Assembly: GCF_016592575.1 (NCBI RefSeq)
Contig: NZ_AP017470.1
Coordinates: 991,471 to 1,015,470, forward strand
Length of the DNA stretch: 24,000 nt
Direction: 5' to 3'
DNA from: Thermotomaculum hydrothermale
Lineage (GTDB): Bacteria; Acidobacteriota; Holophagae; Thermotomaculales; Thermotomaculaceae
In this document: positions 1-8,452 of the stretch, in pieces
How the letters are laid out: every line of letters begins with the position of its first letter
Numbering within the stretch: position 1 is the first letter of the stretch
Notes under the pieces: generated by a model
The model's database searches: none
Seen by the model: the letters and a program-made list of their open reading frames with translations, nothing else
Told to the model about the DNA's origin: nothing
Program-made: the position numbers and the translations under genes

Positions 1-8
1 GTATTTAT

Positions 9-1358
9 ATGAAGGGATTCATCAAGTTAATTTTAATATTTTCAATAACAACAATAGTTAATTTGCATGCAATTGCACAACAAAATTTAAAACCTATTGA
101 AAAAATGACTCTGGATAAAGCAATAAAAATTGCACTTGAAAACTCACCTTATTTAAAGGCTGTTGAGCATGAGAAAAACGCAGCTAAAACTTATGAAAAA
201 GAGGCAAAGAGTTACAGGCTTCCTCAGGTAAATTTAAACGAGATTGTAATGAGAACCAACAATCCAATGGAAACATTTGCACTTTCACTTTCCCAGGAAA
301 ACTTTAACTTAATGGATTTAATGGTAAATGACCCCAACCACCCTTCTCCACTTAACGATTCAATTACCCAGCTTCAAATAGTGCAACCCCTCTATATGGG
401 CGGAAAAATAACTCACGGGATTAAAGCAGGCCAGAAAATGGCAAAGGCAGGGGAAAAGAAGTTTGAAAGAGCAAAACAGGAAGTTATATTTAATACTAAA
501 ACAGCATATTTAAATGTTTTACTTGCAAAAAAGTATGTTGAGTTAATGGACGAAGTTGTTAAAACAGTGAAAACCCATGTTGACATGGCTCAGGCTTACT
601 ATGACACCGGCTTTATTATGGAAGCGGACTTATTGCAGGCAAAGGTATTTTTAGGCGATGTTGAACAAAAGAAGATAACAGCAGAAAACAATTACAAACT
701 TGCAAAGGCATACTTCAATAATGTTATTGGCGTTGACCAGAATAAAGATTTTGAATTTGTTAATCAATTTAAATTTGAGGATAAAGAATACAATCTTGAT
801 AAATTGCTAACAGAGGCGATTGAAAATAGACCAGATTATAAAGAGTTAAAATTAAAGGTTGATGCTGCAAAGCACAATATTAGTATTGAAAAAAGTGAAT
901 ACAAACCTAAATTATTTCTAATTGGAGAATTGAATTACCATGATAAACAGTTTTTAGGAACTGATGGAGATTCGTTTAAGATTATGGCTGTTGCTAAATT
1001 TAATCTTTTTAATGGCTTCAAAACAAAAAACAGGGTGCTAAGGGCTAAAGAGCAGTATAATTCCTATTCCAAATACTTAAAACAAATGGAAGAGGGAATT
1101 TATTTGCAGGTTAAACAGGCTTACTTTAATTTAAATGAAGCCAAAAAAAGGTACAAAGTTGCAGAGTTATCTGAAAAGCAGGCAAAGGAAAACTTAAAGT
1201 TAAGGGAAGAAAGGTACAAAAAGGGAGTGGAAAAGACAACTGACCTGCTTGATGCAGACACCCAGTATATTCAGGCTAAAACCCAGAAACTGCACGCATT
1301 GTTTGATTACTTAAAAGCAGAAGAAAAACTAAAATTTATGATAGGAAAAATAAATTAA
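9..1358 (+). CDS. TolC-family outer membrane efflux protein (OMF)
   Basis: 449-aa ORF with an N-terminal signal peptide (ITTIVNLHA/IAQQ). Long helical, coiled-coil-rich sequence in two halves, as in OEP/TolC proteins. It is the first gene of a tightly spaced OMF-adaptor-RND set. Confidence 0.85.
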   Translation: MKGFIKLILIFSITTIVNLHAIAQQNLKPIEKMTLDKAIKIALENSPYLKAVEHEKNAAKTYEKEAKSYRLPQVNLNEIVMRTNNPMETFALSLSQENFNLMDLMVNDPNHPSPLNDSITQLQIVQPLYMGGKITHGIKAGQKMAKAGEKKFERAKQEVIFNTKTAYLNVLLAKKYVELMDEVVKTVKTHVDMAQAYYDTGFIMEADLLQAKVFLGDVEQKKITAENNYKLAKAYFNNVIGVDQNKDFEFVNQFKFEDKEYNLDKLLTEAIENRPDYKELKLKVDAAKHNISIEKSEYKPKLFLIGELNYHDKQFLGTDGDSFKIMAVAKFNLFNGFKTKNRVLRAKEQYNSYSKYLKQMEEGIYLQVKQAYFNLNEAKKRYKVAELSEKQAKENLKLREERYKKGVEKTTDLLDADTQYIQAKTQKLHALFDYLKAEEKLKFMIGKIN

Positions 1359-1368
1359 GGAGGATTAG

Positions 1369-2424
1369 ATGAAAAAGGTACTGCTGTTTAGCATATTTGC
1401 TTTAATATTAGTTTCATGCTCTAAAAACGATGTGGGAGAGTTAAAACAACTACCGCCAGTTAAAACTAAATTTACAAAAGTGGAAAAGGTTGTTACCTCT
1501 GAATTAGTTGAAGCACCAGGACAGGTAACATCTATCAAAGACGCTTATATTATGGCAAAATCTATTGGAACAATTCTCAACATTCAGGTTAAGGCAGGGG
1601 ATTTTGTTAAAAAAGGCCAATCACTTTTAACCATAGACTCATCAGACATAAAATCTAAATTACAACAGGCAAAGGGAGCTCTTGCCCAGGCTGAAGCTGC
1701 ATTAACAATTGCAAAAAACAATTACGAGAGGTTTAAGGAGCTTTACAAAAGAAACGCCTGCTCAAAGGTTGAGTTGGAGCAAATGGAATTTCAGTACAAT
1801 AAGGCAAAAGGCGCAGTTGAAATGGCAAAAGGTGCTGTAAACGAAGCAAAGGCTTATTTAAAATACTCAAAGGTTGTTTCCCCTTTCGATGCTATTGTTG
1901 TTGAAAGAATGGTAAATATAGGTGACTTTGCTGCACCAGGAAGGCCTTTATTGAGAATTATTGACCCAAAGGATCTGAGGTTTGAATGCACAATAGGTGA
2001 ATCAGATGCAAAATACATTAAAAAAGGCGATAAAGTCAGTGTAAAACTTGACTCATTACCTGAAAAGATTGAAGGTGAAGTTGCTGAGATTTCTGGTGGT
2101 TCAGATTTCTTAACCCACACTGTTACTGTTAGAATTGCTATCCCATTTGATGAAAGGCTTAAAGCCGGTATGTACGGAGTTGCATACTTTAATTCAACAC
2201 CAAAACAGAGAATTTTTGTCCCTGAAAAATGTATTTTAAAAAGAGGCGAGTTAAATATTGTTTATGTTGTTGATAAAAACAATATAGCAAAACTAACCCT
2301 GGTTAGATTAGGCAAAAAATTCGGTGATAAGTTTGAGGTATTGTCAGGCCTAAAAGGTGATGAAACTGTAGCGTGTTCAAACCTTTCCAGAATCTCTGAC
2401 GGAGTGAAACTGGAGGAGATGTAA
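1369..2424 (+). CDS. RND efflux periplasmic adaptor (HlyD/AcrA-type membrane fusion lipoprotein)
   Basis: The ATG lies 10 nt after the OMF stop, behind AAGGAGG. Lipobox LILVSC (Cys17). A coiled-coil hairpin segment (LQQAKGALAQAEAALTIAKNNYERFKELYK) is flanked by beta-rich segments typical of adaptors. Confidence 0.85.
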   Translation: MKKVLLFSIFALILVSCSKNDVGELKQLPPVKTKFTKVEKVVTSELVEAPGQVTSIKDAYIMAKSIGTILNIQVKAGDFVKKGQSLLTIDSSDIKSKLQQAKGALAQAEAALTIAKNNYERFKELYKRNACSKVELEQMEFQYNKAKGAVEMAKGAVNEAKAYLKYSKVVSPFDAIVVERMVNIGDFAAPGRPLLRIIDPKDLRFECTIGESDAKYIKKGDKVSVKLDSLPEKIEGEVAEISGGSDFLTHTVTVRIAIPFDERLKAGMYGVAYFNSTPKQRIFVPEKCILKRGELNIVYVVDKNNIAKLTLVRLGKKFGDKFEVLSGLKGDETVACSNLSRISDGVKLEEM

Positions 2425-2425
2425 A

Positions 2426-5400
2426 ATGGAAAAAAAACATAAATTCGGGCTTTCAGGCTCTATAGCAAGGTACTTTATAGATTCAAAACTAACTCCCTTG
2501 ATTATTATAATCTCTCTTTTAATGGGAATTTTTGCCGTCTTAATTACACCAAGGGAGGAAGAACCTCAAATTGTTGTTCCAATGATTGATGTAATGGTAA
2601 TGTACCCCGGGGCATCTGCCAAACAGGTTGAAACAAAGGTTACAATACCAGTTGAAAATTTAATGTGGGAAATCCCAGGAGTTGAGTATGTTTATTCTAC
2701 TTCAGCACCAAATTTCTCACTCACAACAGTTAGATTTTATGTTGGAGAAGATGCTGAAAGGTCACTTGTAAAAGTTCTGCAAAAGCTTCAGTCTAACTAT
2801 GACAAAATTCCACCTGGTATTTCATTTCCTCTTGTAAGGGAGTTTTCTATTGATGATGTTCCACAGGTTGCGTTAACCCTTTATTCAGATAAATACGACC
2901 ATTACCAATTAAGAAGGCTTGCCACAGAAGTTGCAGAAAAGATAAAAAGAATTAAGGATGTTTCCAGAATTGATATTATAGGGGGAACCCCCAGAACATT
3001 CAGGGTAATTCTTGACCCTGTAAAAATGAAGGTAAAAAATATTTCCCCATTGCAAATTGCTGATATGTTAATGAAAAGGCACTGGAATTTACCTGCCGGA
3101 GAAATTCAGACAGATAATAAATCCTTTGTTGTGGAAACTGGATATTTTATCCAGAAAATAGAGGACTTAGAAAACTTAGTTGTTGGCGTTTATATGGGAA
3201 AACCTGTATTCCTTAAAGATGTTGCAAAAATTGTTGATGGGCCAAAGGAAATTGACAACTATGTTTTCTTTGGCGTTGGGCCAAGTGCTGAAAAAAGGGA
3301 TATAGATAAGTATAATAAATACCTCTACCCTGCTGTAACAATTTCAATTGCTAAACGAAAAGGAAGTAATTCAGTTGTTATAGCACATGAAGTAAAAAAG
3401 ATGGTTAAAGAATTAAAGGGGTATATTATTCCTAAAGATGTGCATGTTGCCGTCACAAGGGATTACGGAGAAACTGCCCAGGATAAATCAAACGAGTTAA
3501 TTGAGCATGTAATTATTGCAACTGTTGCTGTTGCTATATTTATGGGTTTTGCATTAGGTATAAAAGAGGCAATTGTTGTTTTAATTGCAGTACCTGTTAC
3601 CTTAGCATTAACTTTGTTTGCATCCTACTTCTTTGGATATACCTTAAACAGGGTGTCTCTTTTTGCTTTAATCTTTGCGATTGGAATCCTTGTTGACGAT
3701 GCTATTGTTGTTGTGGAAAACATCCACAGGCACTTTGTAATCAATAGAGGTAAAGGTAACTTAAAAGAAATTGCGGCATTTGCTGTTGACGAGGTGGGAA
3801 ACCCTACAATTCTTGCAACATTTACAGTAATTGCAGCACTACTACCTCTTGCATTTGTAACAGGAATGATGGGGCCTTATATGAGGCCTATTCCTATAAA
3901 TGCTTCTGCTGCAATGCTTTTTTCACTTTTAGTTGCATTTATAGTTTCCCCCTGGCTTGCTTACAGGCTGCTTAAAGGAGAAAAATTTAGCGAGGATGAG
4001 GTTAAAGAAGAGACTGGTGGGAAACTATATAGCTATTATAAAAAATTTATGTACTTATTAGTAGACGATGGGAAAAAGGCTTTCTTCTTTATCATGTTTG
4101 TTGTGTTTTTATTGTCAGGCTCTATTTACCTTTTTCTTGCAAAAAAGACAATTGTTAAAATGCTCCCCTATGACAACAAGGCTGAACTTCAGATAATAAT
4201 TGATATGCCGGAAGGCACCACTCTGGAAAATACCACAACAGTTGCAAGGGAAATAGGGGATTATTTAAGAACTGTTCCTGAAGTATCAGACTTTGAGATT
4301 TATGCAGGAACTGCTGCCCCCTTTAACTTCAATGGGCTCGTAAGACATTACTTTTTAAGAAGAGGGGAAAATGTAGCAGATATTCAGGTTAATTTCGTAA
4401 ACAAACATAAAAGAAAGAAAAAATCCCATGATTTAGCTAAAGAGATAAGAGGTCCAGTTCAAAAAATTGCAAAAAAATATGGAGCAAATGTAAAGATAAC
4501 TGAAATTCCACCGGGACCTCCTGTGCTTTCAACACTTTTGGCAGAAATTTATGGACCAGATTACAACAAACAGATTGAGATAGCAAGAAAGATTAAAAAA
4601 ATTTTTGAAGAAACAGATGGAGTTGTTGATGTTGACTGGTATGTTCAGGACCCGCAGGTAAAATATGAACTTGTGCCTGACCCGGTAAAAGCAGCATACA
4701 ATGGAATTACTGTGGAACAGATTGCTAAAACCCTTGCATTGGTTCAGTATGGGATGGATTTAGGATTGGCTGATGTTCCAAGGGAAATGGAAAATGTTTG
4801 TATAAATGTCAGATTGCCAAGGAAAGACAGGACTTCAATTAAAGACCTAACAGATATTTATGTTCATGCTAAAGACGGCAGAATGGTTCCTTTATCTGAA
4901 CTTGTAAAAGTTAAAAAGACTGTTGCAGATACCTGGATTTACCATAAAAACCTAATGCCTGTTGTCTATGTCACAGGCGAGGTTTCAGGAAAGGAAGAAT
5001 CTCCTGTTTACGCAATACTAAAAATGAAGAAAAAAATAGAAAAACTTGATATAGGAACTGGTTACAAACTGAACCAAAGATTTACCGACTTACCGTTTGT
5101 GGACAAAAAGTATGAAATGAAATGGGATGGAGAATGGCACATAACCTATGAGGTATTCAGGGATATGGGAATAGCCTTTGCAGCGGTTATGGTACTTATA
5201 TACATCCTTGTTGTGGGATGGTTTAGATCATTTATAACGCCATTAATCATTATGTCCCCTATTCCTTTAACCCTTGTGGGAATTGTGCCAGGCCACTGGA
5301 TAACTGGCAAATTTTTCACCGCAACTTCAATGATAGGTTTTATTGCACTTGCTGGAATTATTGTAAGAAACTCTATACTTCTTATTGATTTTACTGAATT

Positions 5401-5671
5401 AAGGCTTGAACATGGAGAACCTTTAAGAGAGGCTGTTGTTGACGCTGGAGTGGTAAGGTTCAGGCCTATTGTTTTAACTGCTATGGCACTTGTTGTGGAT
5501 GCTCTTGTAATCATTATGGATCCAATTTTTGAAGGGCTGGCTATCTCTCTTATGTTTGGAGTTATTGTATCTACAATTTTAACCCTATTTGTAATACCTG
5601 TTTTATACTATTACACTTCAAAGGTTATTCCTTTGAAAAAATTTGAAGAGGAGGATTCATATGACAGTTAA
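2426..5671 (+). CDS. RND efflux pump inner-membrane permease (AcrB/CzcA superfamily)
   Basis: 1081-aa ORF starting one nt after the adaptor stop. Two large soluble loops alternate with clusters of hydrophobic helices. Conserved TM4-type motif FAIGILVDDAIVVVENI. The substrate class cannot be told from sequence alone. Confidence 0.9.
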   Translation: MEKKHKFGLSGSIARYFIDSKLTPLIIIISLLMGIFAVLITPREEEPQIVVPMIDVMVMYPGASAKQVETKVTIPVENLMWEIPGVEYVYSTSAPNFSLTTVRFYVGEDAERSLVKVLQKLQSNYDKIPPGISFPLVREFSIDDVPQVALTLYSDKYDHYQLRRLATEVAEKIKRIKDVSRIDIIGGTPRTFRVILDPVKMKVKNISPLQIADMLMKRHWNLPAGEIQTDNKSFVVETGYFIQKIEDLENLVVGVYMGKPVFLKDVAKIVDGPKEIDNYVFFGVGPSAEKRDIDKYNKYLYPAVTISIAKRKGSNSVVIAHEVKKMVKELKGYIIPKDVHVAVTRDYGETAQDKSNELIEHVIIATVAVAIFMGFALGIKEAIVVLIAVPVTLALTLFASYFFGYTLNRVSLFALIFAIGILVDDAIVVVENIHRHFVINRGKGNLKEIAAFAVDEVGNPTILATFTVIAALLPLAFVTGMMGPYMRPIPINASAAMLFSLLVAFIVSPWLAYRLLKGEKFSEDEVKEETGGKLYSYYKKFMYLLVDDGKKAFFFIMFVVFLLSGSIYLFLAKKTIVKMLPYDNKAELQIIIDMPEGTTLENTTTVAREIGDYLRTVPEVSDFEIYAGTAAPFNFNGLVRHYFLRRGENVADIQVNFVNKHKRKKKSHDLAKEIRGPVQKIAKKYGANVKITEIPPGPPVLSTLLAEIYGPDYNKQIEIARKIKKIFEETDGVVDVDWYVQDPQVKYELVPDPVKAAYNGITVEQIAKTLALVQYGMDLGLADVPREMENVCINVRLPRKDRTSIKDLTDIYVHAKDGRMVPLSELVKVKKTVADTWIYHKNLMPVVYVTGEVSGKEESPVYAILKMKKKIEKLDIGTGYKLNQRFTDLPFVDKKYEMKWDGEWHITYEVFRDMGIAFAAVMVLIYILVVGWFRSFITPLIIMSPIPLTLVGIVPGHWITGKFFTATSMIGFIALAGIIVRNSILLIDFTELRLEHGEPLREAVVDAGVVRFRPIVLTAMALVVDALVIIMDPIFEGLAISLMFGVIVSTILTLFVIPVLYYYTSKVIPLKKFEEEDSYDS

Positions 5672-5858
5672 CAGAGCGCTAAGGTTGGTTGCAGGCATTT
5701 TTATCCTTGTTTCTGTTTTACTGGCTGTTTATGTTAACAAAAATTGGTGGTGGTTTACCGCTTTTATTGGAGTAAACCTTATTCAATCTGCATTTACTAA
5801 TTGGTGCCCTATGATGACAATATTAAAAAAAATAGGGTTAAAAGACGACTCCTGTTAA
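5661..5858 (+). CDS. DUF2892 / YgaP-like two-helix membrane protein
   Basis: 65 aa when started from the ATG at 5661. That ATG is preceded by GAGGAGGA (5648-5655) at 5-nt spacing. Two hydrophobic helices and the family-typical C-terminal motif NLIQSAFTNWCPMM. Overlaps the RND stop by 11 nt. The ORF-track TTG start at 5643 is less likely. Confidence 0.7.
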   Translation: MTVNRALRLVAGIFILVSVLLAVYVNKNWWWFTAFIGVNLIQSAFTNWCPMMTILKKIGLKDDSC

Positions 5859-5877
5859 ACCAGATTCTTAAATTTAG

Positions 5878-5902
5878 AGAGGGGGGTTCCCCCTCTTTTT
5901 TT
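5878..5902 (+). terminator. Rho-independent terminator closing the RND operon
   Basis: Perfect 8-bp GC-rich stem AGAGGGGG / CCCCCTCT with loop GTT, followed by T6, located 20 nt after the DUF2892 stop. Confidence 0.85.
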
Positions 5903-5959
5903 ATTTAAAAGATTTTTCAAACTGATATAATATTTTAAGAAAAATTAAAGGAGTAAATT

Positions 5960-6259
5960 ATGTCAGACAATAAACCAAACAACCCTCATCAGATTCAGTT
6001 GCAGATAGATGATAAGGTTGCTGAAGGGATTTATGTAAACAGCGCAAATGTAATGTTTAACAAAGGGGAATTTGTAATTGATTTTATAAGGGTAACCCCA
6101 CCTCCCGGAAAACCTAAGGTTATGTCAAGGGTTATTATGTCCCCCATTCAAATGAAAGCATTTTTAAAGGCACTGGAAAACAATGTTGAAAAATACGAAA
6201 ATCAGCATGGGAAAATAATTCTTGACGAAAAAGACAAAAAGGTCGGGTTTGACAGGTAA
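5960..6259 (+). CDS. DUF3467 domain protein (function unknown)
   Basis: 99-aa ORF behind AAAGGAG. The core EGIYVNSANVMFNKGEFVIDFIRVTPP resembles the DUF3467 signature. Its stop TAA overlaps the maf ATG (TAATG). Confidence 0.6.
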   Translation: MSDNKPNNPHQIQLQIDDKVAEGIYVNSANVMFNKGEFVIDFIRVTPPPGKPKVMSRVIMSPIQMKAFLKALENNVEKYENQHGKIILDEKDKKVGFDR

Positions 6260-6837
6260 TGTTTGTCCTTGCATCAAAATCACCAAGAAGGCTTGAGTTA
6301 CTTAAAACAATAATACCTGATTTAGAAGTAATACACCCGGAAGTTGATGAGACTTCTATTAAGTCTAAAAACCCTGCAAACCTTGTAATGAAGCTGTCTC
6401 AAGCAAAAGGAAGGTTTGTATTAAAAAAACACAATAAAGAAAATGTAATTGCTGCCGATACTGTAGTTGTACTTGATAATGAAATTTTGGAAAAACCAAA
6501 AGACAGGGAAGATGCTAAGAATATTCTCAGAAAACTATCTGGTAAAACACATAAGGTAATTACAGGCGTATCAGTTTTTATAAAAGACTTCTGTTTCTCT
6601 TTTTACGATGAAACGCAGGTCGAATTTTACGAATTAACTGATGAAGAAATTGAATGGTATATCTCCACAAACGAACCTATGGACAAAGCAGGAGCTTACG
6701 GAATTCAGGGACACGGAAAAATATTTATAAGATCAATAAAAGGGGACTATTTTAATGTTGTCGGTTTTCCAATTGCAAAATTCTATCAAAAGTTAAAGAA
6801 AAATAAAATTAATTTGCCCTTTCTAAAAAAAGATTAA
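6259..6837 (+). CDS. maf: Maf-like nucleoside triphosphate pyrophosphatase (septum formation protein Maf)
   Basis: 192 aa. N-terminal LASKSPRRLELL and C-terminal DKAGAYGIQG motifs are diagnostic of the Maf/YhdE family. Confidence 0.9.
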   Translation: MFVLASKSPRRLELLKTIIPDLEVIHPEVDETSIKSKNPANLVMKLSQAKGRFVLKKHNKENVIAADTVVVLDNEILEKPKDREDAKNILRKLSGKTHKVITGVSVFIKDFCFSFYDETQVEFYELTDEEIEWYISTNEPMDKAGAYGIQGHGKIFIRSIKGDYFNVVGFPIAKFYQKLKKNKINLPFLKKD

Positions 6838-7100
6838 ATATTTTTTAATTGTTTACCTGGTTTGAACTTGATTGATTTGCCTTCTTTAATTTTAATCACT
6901 TCGCCTGTTTTAGGATTTCTACCAACCCCTAACTTTTTGTTTCTTAAATAAAAAATGCCAAACCCTCTAAACTCTACCCTTTCTCCCTTCAAAATTGCAT
7001 CTTTAATAGAAGAAATCATGATGTTTACAGCCTCATTTGCCTCAGCTGTAGAAATACCGGTTGATTCTACAATCTTTTTTACAATATCATTCTTAACCAT
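6834..7100 (-). CDS. HU/IHF-family nucleoid DNA-binding protein
   Basis: 88 aa from the ATG at 7100, which is preceded by GGAGGA at 4-nt spacing. The track start at 7115 is a TTG inside the SD region. Motifs FRGFGIF and GRNPKTGE (beta-arm) are typical of HU/IHF. Confidence 0.85.
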   Translation of the reverse strand: MVKNDIVKKIVESTGISTAEANEAVNIMISSIKDAILKGERVEFRGFGIFYLRNKKLGVGRNPKTGEVIKIKEGKSIKFKPGKQLKNI

Positions 7101-7138
7101 ACAATCCTCCACCAATTATTTTCAACTATCTTAAAGAA

Positions 7139-7167
7139 AATATAACTCTTTTAATGAATAAAATCAA
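7139..7167 (-). promoter_or_regulatory. Candidate sigma70-type promoter of the HU/IHF gene
   Basis: On the minus strand: TTGATT, 17 nt, TATATT, about 39 nt upstream of the ATG. AT-rich background makes chance matches common. Confidence 0.3.
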
Positions 7168-7211
7168 GAAAATAATTGAGATTTTTTGAAATTAATCAAT
7201 TTTTTTAATTT

Positions 7212-8216
7212 TTATTCGCTTATTTCTCCTGAAATATTTTTTAAAAAAAGCTTTTTTATCTCAGAAACATTATAATCTTTTGACAACAGGTACTGAAATT
7301 TCATTATTGCTGATTCAATAGTCATATCAAGGGCAGAAATTGCTCCTGCCTCTTTTGCTTTTCTACCACATTCGTACGCATCAAGGTTTATCTTCCCTCT
7401 CTTTGCCTGAGAGGTAATTATAACCGGAATACCTAATTCATTTGCCTCAATGATAAACGGTATAAGAGAATTTTCCAGAATGGGAATATTGCCTGTTGCA
7501 TATGCTTCGACAATTATTCCATCTGTATCATTGTTTAAAAAATGCCTGTAAATTGACGGATTTAATCCAGGAAAAGTCTTTATATGGACAATATTTTTTT
7601 CTTTTAGAAAATTGAACTCTATTTCTCCACCAAAAGATATAGGCATTATACAACGGTTGTTTAAATTAATTTCAACTCCAACAGTTGCAAGGTAAGGAAA
7701 ATTAGGGGAATCAAAGGCGTCAAAATCTCCACTTGAAACCTTTGTTGCCCTGTTTGCCCTCATCAACTTTGAATTAAAGCATATAGCAACCTCAGGAATA
7801 TCCATTGTGGCAAACTCCACCGCATTTATGAGGTTTAACCTTGCATCTGTTCTAATGTGTCTTAAAGGCTTCTGAGAGCCTGTTAAAATAATTGGCTTTT
7901 TGTTGTTCTTTATCAAAAAAGAAAGAGCAGAGCCAGAGTAAGCCATTGCATCTGTTCCGTGAATAATTACAAAACCATCATAAAGTTCGTAATTTTCTTT
8001 TATGACTTCAACAAGTTTGTTTATGTGTTTAATTGTTAAATTGGCACTATCAATGTTAAATGCAAAAACAGTTTCAATATCAGCAAGCTGATTTAACTCA
8101 GGGACAAAATTTACCACACTTTCCTGAAATTGAACAGGTTTCAAGCTATTATCTGGTTTACCTTCAGCCATTCCCAATGTGCCGCCTGTGTGTATCATTA
8201 AAATCTTTTTACTCAT
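7212..8216 (-). CDS. ansA: L-asparaginase, type I (cytoplasmic AnsA-like)
   Basis: 334 aa from the ATG at 8216, which sits behind GAGGTG. The track start at 8243 adds 9 unlikely residues. Catalytic-site motifs IHTGGTLGM and IIHGTDAM. Confidence 0.8.
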   Translation of the reverse strand: MSKKILMIHTGGTLGMAEGKPDNSLKPVQFQESVVNFVPELNQLADIETVFAFNIDSANLTIKHINKLVEVIKENYELYDGFVIIHGTDAMAYSGSALSFLIKNNKKPIILTGSQKPLRHIRTDARLNLINAVEFATMDIPEVAICFNSKLMRANRATKVSSGDFDAFDSPNFPYLATVGVEINLNNRCIMPISFGGEIEFNFLKEKNIVHIKTFPGLNPSIYRHFLNNDTDGIIVEAYATGNIPILENSLIPFIIEANELGIPVIITSQAKRGKINLDAYECGRKAKEAGAISALDMTIESAIMKFQYLLSKDYNVSEIKKLFLKNISGEISE

Positions 8217-8264
8217 TTTCACCTCGTTAAAACAGTTACCCACGATGAATAAATTTTTAAACTT

Positions 8265-8407
8265 TGAATTTTAGATTTTAAATTATGGATTCTGAATGTT
8301 GAATTATAGATTAAGGAAAAAATCAAATTAATTTCTACAAAGAGATACTTACTCATCAATCCAAAATCCAGCATCAAAAATCCAAAATTTTCAAACCCAA
8401 AACCTCA
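8265..8407 (-). other. Long imperfect inverted repeat (putative RNA hairpin) in the hslU-ansA spacer
   Basis: Core arms 8286-8312 and 8358-8384 give 20/27 Watson-Crick pairs. Four more become G-U pairs only in the minus-strand transcript. Outer arms 8265-8285 and 8385-8407 extend the pairing with bulges. Confidence 0.4.
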
Positions 8408-8452
8408 AACCTAAAACCCAGAACCCAATACCAAATACCTAAAACCCAACAC

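Noticed and set aside
5643-5660. The TTG start proposed by the ORF track for the DUF2892 protein, which adds MKRRIH.
   Set aside because: The ATG at 5661 has a strong GAGGAGGA at ideal spacing, and the TTG lies upstream of that SD. The family normally begins close to the first helix.
7101-7115. N-terminal extensions in the ORF track for HU (7115), and likewise for ansA (8243) and the 4-TM protein (21660).
   Set aside because: In each case an internal ATG is preceded by a clear Shine-Dalgarno (GGAGGA, GAGGTG, GAGGAGG). The extension either starts inside that SD region or adds non-conserved residues.
8396-8452. Telomere-like CCCAAA words and four CCC/GGG tracts, suggesting a G-quadruplex on the minus strand.
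   Set aside because: Two of the three loops between the GGG tracts are about 18 nt, far longer than stable intramolecular G4 loops. The hairpin and repeat interpretation explains more of the region, so I keep this only as a remote alternative.
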